Shown here: positions 10,060-18,478 of the stretch, piece by piece
How positions within the stretch are numbered: the stretch's first letter is position 1
Layout of the letters: each line of letters starts with the position of its first letter
Assembly (NCBI GenBank): GCA_965207885.1
Contig: OZ242311.1
Location: 544,001-608,000, forward strand
Direction of reading: 5' to 3'
Origin: Candidatus Latescibacterota bacterium
GTDB taxonomy: Bacteria > Latescibacterota > UBA2968
DNA: 64,000 nt
Program-made: the position numbers and the translations under genes
Notes under the pieces: generated by a model
What the model was told of the DNA's origin: nothing
What the model saw: the letters and a program-made list of their open reading frames with translations, nothing else
Databases searched by the model: none

Positions 10060-13000
10060 TTAAAATCCAATTTGGAGACCTATGCTGATCTCTCGAGGCC
10101 GACCGGCCCAGCGGTGGTATTCTTTGGTATCGCCGTAGTTGATATAGTTTTTGTCCGTGGGTTTGGGCATGTCCATGCCGTAGAGATACCAGAGTTCGGC
10201 CTGTGGGCCCTGATTGTGTCGATCAAACCAGGGACCGCGCCAGAAATATTCGGTGGCCGGGTCGCGCTGGTTGAAGAAGTTGTACACGTTCATAAACAGG
10301 GTGGCTTCGGTTCGACCTGTGCGGAAGCGTTTTTCCAAAGACAGGTGGGTCTTGGTTTCCATAGGTCCAAATCGCTCGACATTGCCCTGTGTGGGATGCG
10401 GAATGCTGATTCGGCGTCCCGTTTTCAGGGTGTTGATCACATTGAGCCTGAAGCCGCCGAGGGCTGGGCCGTAATGCATGGGCGTTTCATACGTAAACGC
10501 GATTTTCATGGTGCCGCGTCGGTCGCCAAAACCAGCGGTTTCTGCGCGTCCCCCACGACCCGCACTGCGATCAGAGGTGGTGTTGCGGGTGAAGTAAAAG
10601 ACGCCTGAAAGATTTTCCACTTCCTGAATTTCGCTGTCGGTCAACGGATTCCAATCGGGGTTGGTGCCCTCTCGAATGGTCTGGATATAGCGGTCTGCTT
10701 CGGCGCCGATGTCCTGAATTTGCTGCGATGTGAGCGGCACTTTTGCTTCTGAGCCATCGTCGCTGGCATTGACTACACCGTCGCCATTGGTGTCTTTGGT
10801 GTGCTGGACGAAATAGAGATCTGATGCGATAAATTGCGAGTTGGGAAAGTAGATGATCCGGTTGATTCCCGCGTTGCCTCCCGACTGCCACTGGTGGTTG
10901 TAGGCGACCTGGAAGGAGAAGTTCTGGCTGAAGTCCTTTCGGAGGCTCATTTCAAATCCCCGATTGTCTGTAAAGACATAGCCCAGAGGTGTGTTGCGTC
11001 CCCTTTGGCTTTTGCGACTGGGGTCACGCCAGTGGGCTCTGCCGAATCGAACCTGACCATCTACGCTTTGCTGATAAGTCGTGAAGCTCAGGACATAGTC
11101 CTGATAGAAGTTCCAGTCTGTGCCCACCTCAAAATTGGTGGAGCGTTTGTAATCGAGGTGGGGATTGCCCGTGGTGGCTGGCTGGTTGTTTTTATTGAGC
11201 CATTCGGTATCGTCGATTTGGCCATTGTCGTTGAAGTCTTCCGGGGGTGCAACGCCGCGCCATTCGTAGGAATAGAGGTGCCAGAACCCGGGCATCTGAT
11301 GAAAGATGCCGTAGGAAAATCGAATGATGGCATTGGCCGTAATGGGGTGTGAAACACCCAGGCGAGGGCTCCATGCCGATTTGGTGGATACAGAGGTGCG
11401 CGGCATAAATTTGCGCTGCCGAGACCAGGAGTTGGTCATAGGTGCTCCGCTCCAGGCATTGTTGGCAAGTGGGGAGTAAAAATCGCCGTTGTGGTCGTGT
11501 CTGTCGTAGCGGATGCCCAGGTTGACGATGATGCCTTCAAATTCCATTTTGTCCTGGAGGTAAAAGGCGGATTGGATGGGGTTAATGGGTTCGCCCATTT
11601 CGTAGGGCACGCCCGCGAGTTGATAGCGCGATTTGCCCGCCTGAGGCCAGTTGATCTGGTTCCACCAGTAGGTGTGTCGCGTCAGATCAATGCCGGTTTT
11701 GATAAAGTGGTTCTTGTTGATCTGGCTGGAATAATCGAGTTTGAAGTTGAGGCGGGCGCGGTGGTCGTTGATCCAGATGGAGACCCGTCTGGGGCCAATG
11801 GTGAATACCCCGTCCTGATCTTTTCTGAGCGGTTCTGTAATGCCGCCGCCAAATTGGCTGGTGACACCCGGCACATTGGTTGTGTCTGTGGCGTCGCGGT
11901 AATAGGATAAGCGGGCTTCGTAAAAGGTTTTGTTGCTCAGGGTATGTGTGAGGGATATGTATGCCAGGTCGTGTTTGACGTTGGCGATGCCTGCACCAGC
12001 TTCACCTGCGGGCAGGAAAATGTCGATGCCCTGGAGTTCTCGACCAACGGTGCGCTTGACGCCCTGTACCCAGCTTTCCCCCTCGCCGACCTGATAGGCT
12101 TCGTGACGTGCATAGACCCCGCCGACTTTAACTTTTATGTTGGATTGCACATCCCAGGCCAGTTTGTAGGTGCCTTTGATGTTGTAGGGCGATTCGATCC
12201 AGCGGGCGGTTTGTGGAGATGTTGAGACGGCCTGGTGGAAGATGCCGCGTTTGGTGGGAGAGGGAAAATGCGAGGCTTGTCCCTCGTGCTGTGCCGTGAC
12301 AAAAAAGGAGGCATTTCCCAGCAATGGACCCGAGAGTGACCCATCGACTTCATAACCGTGAATGCCCGTGTAGTCCGTGCGCTCGTGCGCCAGGCGGGTG
12401 ATGTCGTCGCCCGTTCCCATCTGGCGGTCTGGACCGGGATCTGTGTATGTTTCATTTTCCCAGGTCGCATCGCCCCATTTCATTCTGCCTTTGTGGATGG
12501 GGCTGTCATAGACATTGCCACCCCAGTGTTTTTTGCCCGGTGGAATATAGGTGAAGCCGCCTTTGCCGTGAAAATTTTTGCCTCCTTCTCGGGTGATGAT
12601 GTGAATGGCGCCAGATGTTGCATTGCCGTATTCGGCTTCCATCCCGCCAGTGATGACGGTGATTTCTTGCACGGCGTCGCTGTTGACTCCGACAAATTGA
12701 ACATCGCCCCGGGCAGTGCCCGCATCCATGACGACGCCATCCACATAGACGAGTGTTTCCGAGTTGCCCCGGTTGCCCTGGTAGCTGCCGCGAATGGCGG
12801 GTTCGTTGTTGTCGAGAGAGACGCCTGCCTGAAGGCTCATGAGTTCTGAGGTGCTTGCCGCTGTCGATAGCCGATCTATCGTATCACCACCCATGATGTA
12901 TTTGCTCGTGGTTTTGTCTCTTTCCACGGGTGGGCGTTCAGCGACAACTGTGAGTTCGGCCAATTCGACGGTGGTTTCTTTGAGTTGAAAGTTGAGAGGC

Positions 13001-13281
13001 GTGGTGAAGTCCGTTTTGACCGATACATCGCTCTGGGTTTGATTGGTATATCCGATAAGCGAAGCTGTGAGCGCGTATCGTCCCGGTAGAATATTGATGA
13101 TAAAATAGCTGCCATCGGCATCTGCCACAGCGCCGAGTCGCGTACCTTCTACGATTACATTGGCGCCGGGAAGGGGATTGCCCTGATCGTCTTTGATGAC
13201 ACCGGCGATTTTACCCGTGGTGCCCGCATAGAGATGAGAGGCAAAACACAGAAGTAAGCATATCATAGCTATTCGTTTCAT
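10060..13281 (-). CDS. TonB-dependent receptor with N-terminal carboxypeptidase-regulatory-like domain
   Basis: GTTGKIAG..PLPGANV; plug motif VQEITVITGGMEAEYGNATSGAIHIIT; NLGIRYD, SPRLG; C-terminal GLQIGF. Confidence 0.92.
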   Translation of the reverse strand: MKRIAMICLLLCFASHLYAGTTGKIAGVIKDDQGNPLPGANVIVEGTRLGAVADADGSYFIINILPGRYALTASLIGYTNQTQSDVSVKTDFTTPLNFQLKETTVELAELTVVAERPPVERDKTTSKYIMGGDTIDRLSTAASTSELMSLQAGVSLDNNEPAIRGSYQGNRGNSETLVYVDGVVMDAGTARGDVQFVGVNSDAVQEITVITGGMEAEYGNATSGAIHIITREGGKNFHGKGGFTYIPPGKKHWGGNVYDSPIHKGRMKWGDATWENETYTDPGPDRQMGTGDDITRLAHERTDYTGIHGYEVDGSLSGPLLGNASFFVTAQHEGQASHFPSPTKRGIFHQAVSTSPQTARWIESPYNIKGTYKLAWDVQSNIKVKVGGVYARHEAYQVGEGESWVQGVKRTVGRELQGIDIFLPAGEAGAGIANVKHDLAYISLTHTLSNKTFYEARLSYYRDATDTTNVPGVTSQFGGGITEPLRKDQDGVFTIGPRRVSIWINDHRARLNFKLDYSSQINKNHFIKTGIDLTRHTYWWNQINWPQAGKSRYQLAGVPYEMGEPINPIQSAFYLQDKMEFEGIIVNLGIRYDRHDHNGDFYSPLANNAWSGAPMTNSWSRQRKFMPRTSVSTKSAWSPRLGVSHPITANAIIRFSYGIFHQMPGFWHLYSYEWRGVAPPEDFNDNGQIDDTEWLNKNNQPATTGNPHLDYKRSTNFEVGTDWNFYQDYVLSFTTYQQSVDGQVRFGRAHWRDPSRKSQRGRNTPLGYVFTDNRGFEMSLRKDFSQNFSFQVAYNHQWQSGGNAGINRIIYFPNSQFIASDLYFVQHTKDTNGDGVVNASDDGSEAKVPLTSQQIQDIGAEADRYIQTIREGTNPDWNPLTDSEIQEVENLSGVFYFTRNTTSDRSAGRGGRAETAGFGDRRGTMKIAFTYETPMHYGPALGGFRLNVINTLKTGRRISIPHPTQGNVERFGPMETKTHLSLEKRFRTGRTEATLFMNVYNFFNQRDPATEYFWRGPWFDRHNQGPQAELWYLYGMDMPKPTDKNYINYGDTKEYHRWAGRPREISIGLQIGF

Positions 13282-13293
13282 TCGCGGGTCTCC

Positions 13294-13995
13294 TTAATTT
13301 AAGTTGAATTTGATACCGGCACCGATATCGATGAGGTTAAAGGGGTATGTTTTTTCAATGCCCCAAATGAGAAAGGGACGCAATTCTCCCATCACGATAT
13401 TGTAGCGCGCGCGCACATCTAACGCGGCTTTGTCTCCCAGGCCAATTTGAACCCCGCCGCCAAAGCTGGCACTGAAAGCTGTGCGCGTGTCATTAACAGG
13501 TTCCAGGAGGATGTTTGGATCGGGAGGCGCACCGGCACCCGAAGGCGTTTGACCAGCAAAGATCAGACCGCTGACTTTGCTGGCGTAATCGTGCAGGCCC
13601 GCGCCAAATGTGAGATAGGTCGTTGTGCCCTGGCCAAACCCCTGTTCCCTCAATGCAAATAGCCAGTTGGCGTGGATGCTGTTGATAGTCATGTTGGCTT
13701 CGGCCTGTGGACTGGTGTATTCTTTGCCGTCGCTGAAGCTGAAGGTGCGCGTTTCAAGGCTGCCGTCGTTAAAGCGGGCGTGGTGAAATTCCACCTCGAC
13801 CATCTTGCGCTTGTGATAGATATAGTGCGCTGTACCCCCAAACTTGGTACCGCTGTCGTACATGTCTTTGAAGTTGAAGAGGGGAATGTAGAAGTCAAAA
13901 AAGCCGCCAGCGCCGAAAGCTCCTTCTCCTGCGGTTGCCTGCGCGTTTGGCAACAGGGCCGCAACGCATAAAATCAAGAGTAATTTTTTCAACAA
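13294..13995 (-). CDS. Outer-membrane beta-barrel protein (OmpA/OmpW-like TM domain)
   Basis: Signal peptide, alternating beta-strand pattern (YLTFGAG, FGGGVQI, DVRARY, GAGIKF); GAAAGGAG RBS before TTG. Confidence 0.7.
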   Translation of the reverse strand: MLKKLLLILCVAALLPNAQATAGEGAFGAGGFFDFYIPLFNFKDMYDSGTKFGGTAHYIYHKRKMVEVEFHHARFNDGSLETRTFSFSDGKEYTSPQAEANMTINSIHANWLFALREQGFGQGTTTYLTFGAGLHDYASKVSGLIFAGQTPSGAGAPPDPNILLEPVNDTRTAFSASFGGGVQIGLGDKAALDVRARYNIVMGELRPFLIWGIEKTYPFNLIDIGAGIKFNLN

Positions 13996-14006
13996 AAACT
14001 CCTTTC

Positions 14007-14070
14007 TCAGCTTGCTGTGTTAAAGGGATTTCCGAAACGCAATAGCATCAGTCCATTGTGACCTCCTTTC
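14007..14070 (-). promoter_or_regulatory. Leader with strong SD and two coupled micro-ORFs (MD*, MLLRFGNPFNTAS*)
   Basis: GAAAGGAGGT-CACA-ATG GAC TGA (14056-14048); TGATG overlap opens a 13-aa ORF 14048-14007 that ends next to the barrel-gene RBS. Confidence 0.35.
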
Positions 14071-14093
14071 GAGAAATACGAAGCGTTGTATTG

Positions 14094-14627
14094 TCAATTG
14101 GACAATGCTTCAAAGGATAGCGTATCTGCCACTGATTTTATTACGGTGGCAATGCGGGCGATGTCTGCGATTTGTTGTGCGTCAATGCCCAGTTTGTTCA
14201 ATTGCGATGCGTGTGCGTTGACGCAAATACCACATGCGTTTACCACACTTGCCGAGAGGCTCCACGCTTCGAATAATGCGCGATCGACACCGCCGTGGGT
14301 CAGCACGGCATTCATTCGCAATTTGGGCGGCTGTTTTTTTACGTCGTTATCTCGAATGAGATCGGTGAATTTATACCATACATTGGTCATGCTCATCATG
14401 GCAGCGGCAGATTTCACGGCTTTTATGTGTTGTTCGTCCATAACAGCCTGTGCGTCTTCGATGATGTTCTGGATCACCTGTTCATTTTTCGATACCAGTG
14501 CTGCGGTGAGTGCCGATCCCCAGGCCATTGCCGGGTCGAGACGCGATGCGGATATGACCGATCCCAGGTTCAACCGAATGTCCCGCGCATAGTCGGGCAT
14601 TGCCGATCGCAGATTATCTATTCCCAT
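14094..14627 (-). CDS. ahpD: Alkyl hydroperoxide reductase AhpD
   Basis: PDYARDIRLNL N-terminus, AAAMMSMTNVWY, LRMN, FEAWSLSASVVNACGICVNAH (CxxC plus His). Confidence 0.9.
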   Translation of the reverse strand: MGIDNLRSAMPDYARDIRLNLGSVISASRLDPAMAWGSALTAALVSKNEQVIQNIIEDAQAVMDEQHIKAVKSAAAMMSMTNVWYKFTDLIRDNDVKKQPPKLRMNAVLTHGGVDRALFEAWSLSASVVNACGICVNAHASQLNKLGIDAQQIADIARIATVIKSVADTLSFEALSN

Positions 14628-14645
14628 AAAATCTCCCGTATGAAG

Positions 14646-14685
14646 TACAAAACGCAGAGAACGGCATTGCTCTCTGCGTTTTGTA
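14646..14685. terminator. Intrinsic terminator-like hairpin (copy 1)
   Basis: TACAAAACGCAGAGA-N10-TCTCTGCGTTTTGTA perfect 15-bp stem. Confidence 0.7.
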
Positions 14686-14714
14686 ATATAACTAAAATTC
14701 TGTGCAACTTTTAA

Positions 14715-15080
14715 CTATTCTTCACCGCCGCCACCATCACCGCCACCATCACCAGACGCTGAGACGCGATTCCATACTCTCTTTGCGAATACGGTTATGA
14801 CGCCGGCATACAGAGCGATAGTGATCGGATCGACGATGGCGTCCAGTTTCTCGCCTGCCGCTGGGATGTTGCTCAACACATCCGCACCTGCAGCAGCACC
14901 GACCGCAAGCGCAACGACCAGGAAGGATGTCGCATCTTCAGCGTCGAGCGCCATCCCCCCGTACACCAGGCCCAGAATCACCAGCGCAATCGACACAATA
15001 TTTTCAGGAATTGCGCCAGCCACCAGGCCCTGAATAATGGCCAGAGCGACGATCAGGCCAACAATAATTCTGACTACCAT
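14715..15080 (-). CDS. Small 4-TM membrane protein, paralogue 1 (Gly/acidic tail)
   Basis: Hydrophobic 121 aa, GGGAGG RBS, strong similarity to the two neighbouring ORFs. Confidence 0.85.
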   Translation of the reverse strand: MVVRIIVGLIVALAIIQGLVAGAIPENIVSIALVILGLVYGGMALDAEDATSFLVVALAVGAAAGADVLSNIPAAGEKLDAIVDPITIALYAGVITVFAKRVWNRVSASGDGGGDGGGGEE

Positions 15081-15188
15081 TTCATCCTCCCAGAATAAGT
15101 TAGTTGTGTTATGACGTAGCCGTAAAGGGCTACACGGTGTATCACGCTATCACAAAGTTTCCAATCTCAGGTGAGCCACCAGTCGTCT

Positions 15189-15515
15189 TTAACCCTTGAG
15201 GTGATTTATTATCCCTTTCACGAGTATGGCTATGACGCCGGCATACAAAGCGGTACTGATTGGATCGACGATGGCGTCCAGTTGGGCACCAAGCTGTGGG
15301 ATGCCGCTCAACGCATCCGCACCTGCAGCAGCGCCGACCGCAAGCGCAACGATCAGGTAGGACGTCTCGTCATCAGCACCGACCGCTACCACCGCGTAGG
15401 CCAGACCCAGAATCACCAGCGCGAGGGACGCAAGTCCCGCAGGGATCGCGTCGGGCGTCAGGCCCTGAATAATCGCCAGAGCGGCGATCAGGCTAACAAT
15501 AATCCTGCTTGCCAT
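15189..15515 (-). CDS. Small 4-TM membrane protein, paralogue 2
   Basis: Shares LVILGL, AVGAAAGAD.LS.IP and LDAIVDPI..ALYAGVI motifs; GGGAGG RBS. Confidence 0.85.
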   Translation of the reverse strand: MASRIIVSLIAALAIIQGLTPDAIPAGLASLALVILGLAYAVVAVGADDETSYLIVALAVGAAAGADALSGIPQLGAQLDAIVDPISTALYAGVIAILVKGIINHLKG

Positions 15516-15585
15516 ATTTCTTCCTCCCAGAATAGGTTAGTGTGTCACGACCTGTGGCTACAGGTCGCTGATCCGCCAGTCATCT

Positions 15586-15912
15586 TTAACTCTTGATGCG
15601 GTTTATTCCCCTCTCCACGAGTATGGCTATGACACCGGCATACAAGGCGGTGGCGATCGGATCGACGATGGCGTCCAGGTGGGCGCCTACCCCCGGGATG
15701 TTGCTCAACACATCCGCACCTGCAGCAGCGCCGACTGCAATCGCAACGACCAGGAAGGCCGTCGCGTCCTCAGCGTCAACCGCCACTATCGCGTAGAGTA
15801 GTCCCAGTATCACCAGCGCGAGTGGCACAAGTCCCCCAGGGATTGCGTCGGGCGCCAGGGCCTGCACAATCGCGAGGATGATGACCAGGACAATAATATT
15901 TCTGCTTGCCAT
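15586..15912 (-). CDS. Small 4-TM membrane protein, paralogue 3
   Basis: Same motifs; start re-called to ATG 15912 (MASRNII) behind GGGAGGT. Confidence 0.85.
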   Translation of the reverse strand: MASRNIIVLVIILAIVQALAPDAIPGGLVPLALVILGLLYAIVAVDAEDATAFLVVAIAVGAAAGADVLSNIPGVGAHLDAIVDPIATALYAGVIAILVERGINRIKS

Positions 15913-16168
15913 TTCTACCTCCCAGAATGTGGTTGTGTCACGGCTTGCGCTATCGCGCAGCCGCAACGGTTACCGACGGAATGCTACAAGATGCACCATC
16001 CCCGTCATGAAAAAGGTGAAAACCCTTTTTTTCTTTTCTTATTTGTAAATGTAGAATTTCTTATCTTATTGTGTTAAAAAATGTAAACAAAGTAGCAGTG
16101 TCAAGAGAATTCCCACTCGCTCAGCAAAAAAAATTCGCTTATCTATCTATAAAATTTTCCGTACAAGT

Positions 16169-16206
16169 ATAAAGCGCAGAGAACAGCATTGCTCTCTGCG
16201 CTTTAT
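16169..16206. terminator. Intrinsic terminator-like hairpin (copy 2, paralogous to 14646-14685)
   Basis: ATAAAGCGCAGAGA-N10-TCTCTGCGCTTTAT with compensatory stem changes relative to copy 1. Confidence 0.65.
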
Positions 16207-16229
16207 TAAAGAGTTGATTGTGTGTAGCG

Positions 16230-16407
16230 TTACCTGTTCTTCACCATCACCATTGACAGACAAAAGACAATGTATTTAATAGGATTACCGCTGCCTGTAC
16301 TTCCCGCTAAAAGCGCGCCAATGGCAACGGCCGAGTTGAGATGCCCACCGCTGATTGCACCTTACCATCACAATAATTGCAAACGTCTGGGCTAATGCCA
16401 GCCCAGT
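16230..16407 (-). pseudogene. Aquaporin / MIP channel remnant
   Basis: Manual translation: TGLALAQTFAIIVMV, frameshift, GAISGGHLNSAVAIGALLAG..IKYIVF, a degenerate SGGHLNPAVT signature; no start codon or second half. Confidence 0.75.
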
Positions 16408-16601
16408 CCGGTCCGCTCGTCACAATGGTCCAACAGTTACAAACCTGCAATATAATTTATTTTTTTTTGAAATCAAGTTAAACTCATAGGGGTGATGAAT
16501 GTTTTTTACAGTGAGCTTATCCCAAAAATTGAAAATCCTTGACATCGTCCATCTGTTGTGCGAATGTACGCACGACAGACAACTAACAACTGACAACGTT
16601 T

Positions 16602-18383
16602 ATGTTCTCTTTCTCTCCCAACGATTTTCTCGCCTGTAATGGCACGCGCATAGGTGCTGAGCATCTGCATGGGCGGATGCAAGTCCTGCGCGATGAAATT
16701 GAACCCGTCCTGACGAAACAGCATCCAGACCTCACGGCTGTTATTTCACCTGTTTATGCGACGACGAATTTTCGCTCCAATCCCAACCGGCCGCGGGATC
16801 ACGCGTGTCTCTATTTTGTAGATCGCAAGCTGAAGAAGAGCGCGTTTCCCCGATTGCCCCAACTGGGTATTTATTTGCACCACAATGCCGTCGCTATTGG
16901 CTTTTACTCTGGGTGGTGGACATTTGAGGCGATGCAAAAGGCGATTGCCGACCGCAAGAAGTTTCGCGGTGTGGTGCCGCGTAAGGGGTATCGCTGTTTG
17001 GCGGGTGATATTATTGTGGCGTCACCCGGTCGTTCGGTGCCCTGGTCGCCATCCAGGCTCGAGGGGGTTGATCGCTCGCTGTTTGTCGGTTCGATTCTCA
17101 CGCCGGATGAAGCTGCGGTGCCGACTCTTGTGGATGATATTAAGACGGTGCTCGCGGATCTCTACGCGCTGTATGCGGTGTTTACAAGCGCGAGATACCA
17201 GATCTCTAAAAGCAGTATTGTGTACAATATGCCCGATCCCGCAGAAGCCGGTGTTGTGCGGGATGCGCTTGTGCCTGTGGAGGCAGAGCTTTTGTGCGAT
17301 CTTTACCGGTTCACGGCGCTGAAGAATTTCCATATTGAAGCGGGGATGTTGTTCAATCTCTATCTGTGTTTGAAGACCAAACCTTTTCTCATTCTGGCGG
17401 GGATATCCGGGACGGGGAAGAGTACCGTGATTCGGCTTTTGGCCGAGGCGATCAATGGTCTCGATGAGGGTCGGGCAAGCGGGTATCGCCTGATTCCCGT
17501 GCGCCCAGATTGGAATGATGTGCGCGATTTGCTCGGGTTTGAAAATTTGCTCACGGGGGTGTTTCGCCCGGGTGCGTTGCTTCAGGCGATGTGCGAGGCA
17601 CAGGACGATCCGGACCGTCCCTATTTTGTGTGTTTGGACGAGATGAATCTCGCCCGCGTGGAGCACTATTTTGCCGATTTTTTGAGTGTTATGGAGACGG
17701 CGAGACGCACGCCCGATGGGGCGTGGACAACGGATCCGATTGAATTGGCGCAGGGAGGGGATGTCGTGTCAACGGATGAGATGGGAGATGTGCCTTCGCG
17801 TTTGCCCATTCCGTCCAATTTGTTTGTTGCGGGTACGGTCAATATGGATGAGACGACTTATGCGTTTAGTCCCAAGGTGCTGGATAGGGCGAATACGGTT
17901 GCTTTTGATCGCGTTGATCTGGGGTTGTCGGGTTATGATCCCGGGGTGCAGATTGATTCGACTGCTCTGCGCGCCCTCGGACAAGCGCTTATTGATCGTC
18001 CCTATCGGCAGTTGGAAGATGTTCGCCACCGCGATGAGGTTGTTGCGTGGAATGAGCCGCTGGAGGAGATTAATGCGATGCTTGCGGAGGAGGATTTGCA
18101 TTTTGGCTATCGCATCCGCGACGAGGTTCTTATCTATATGGCGTATGCGCTCGACTTGATTGAGGGGCTGCCTTCAAATGCGCCGGCATTCGCGCCCCGA
18201 GATGCTTTTGATTATCAGATTTTACAAAAAATTCTCCCACGCCTGTCCGGCGCGGGAGATGAACTCGCAGGTTTGCTGGACGCGCTGATCGCTTTTTGCG
18301 ATTCCACATATCCCCGCTCAACACACAAACTCCAGCGCGTGAAACGTCGCGTTGAACATACGGGGTTTGTGAGCTTCTGGTAG
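16602..18383 (+). CDS. mcrB: McrB-family AAA+ GTPase with uncharacterised N-terminal domain
   Basis: GISGTGKS Walker A, VRPDW, LDEMNLARVEHYFADFLS, GTVNMDETT..FSPKVLDRA, QKILPR, C-terminal GFVSFW. Confidence 0.85.
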   Translation: MFSFSPNDFLACNGTRIGAEHLHGRMQVLRDEIEPVLTKQHPDLTAVISPVYATTNFRSNPNRPRDHACLYFVDRKLKKSAFPRLPQLGIYLHHNAVAIGFYSGWWTFEAMQKAIADRKKFRGVVPRKGYRCLAGDIIVASPGRSVPWSPSRLEGVDRSLFVGSILTPDEAAVPTLVDDIKTVLADLYALYAVFTSARYQISKSSIVYNMPDPAEAGVVRDALVPVEAELLCDLYRFTALKNFHIEAGMLFNLYLCLKTKPFLILAGISGTGKSTVIRLLAEAINGLDEGRASGYRLIPVRPDWNDVRDLLGFENLLTGVFRPGALLQAMCEAQDDPDRPYFVCLDEMNLARVEHYFADFLSVMETARRTPDGAWTTDPIELAQGGDVVSTDEMGDVPSRLPIPSNLFVAGTVNMDETTYAFSPKVLDRANTVAFDRVDLGLSGYDPGVQIDSTALRALGQALIDRPYRQLEDVRHRDEVVAWNEPLEEINAMLAEEDLHFGYRIRDEVLIYMAYALDLIEGLPSNAPAFAPRDAFDYQILQKILPRLSGAGDELAGLLDALIAFCDSTYPRSTHKLQRVKRRVEHTGFVSFW

Positions 18384-18404
18384 TAAAACCCGTAGGTTTT
18401 GGTT

Positions 18405-18437
18405 GTCATTGCGGCATGGTTTTGAGCCGCAATCCAG
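18405..18437 (+). repeat. REP/RPE-like palindromic element, copy 1
   Basis: GTCATTGCGGC-ATGGTTTTGA-GCCGCAATCCAG; six copies in window. Confidence 0.85.
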
Positions 18438-18478
18438 TAAAATATTTTTCGCGCAGTCCACGAAATTCATATTCGAAA

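Noticed and set aside
16552-16579. 11-6-11 palindrome as a dif site
   Set aside because: Lacks the XerD arm TTATGTTAAAT
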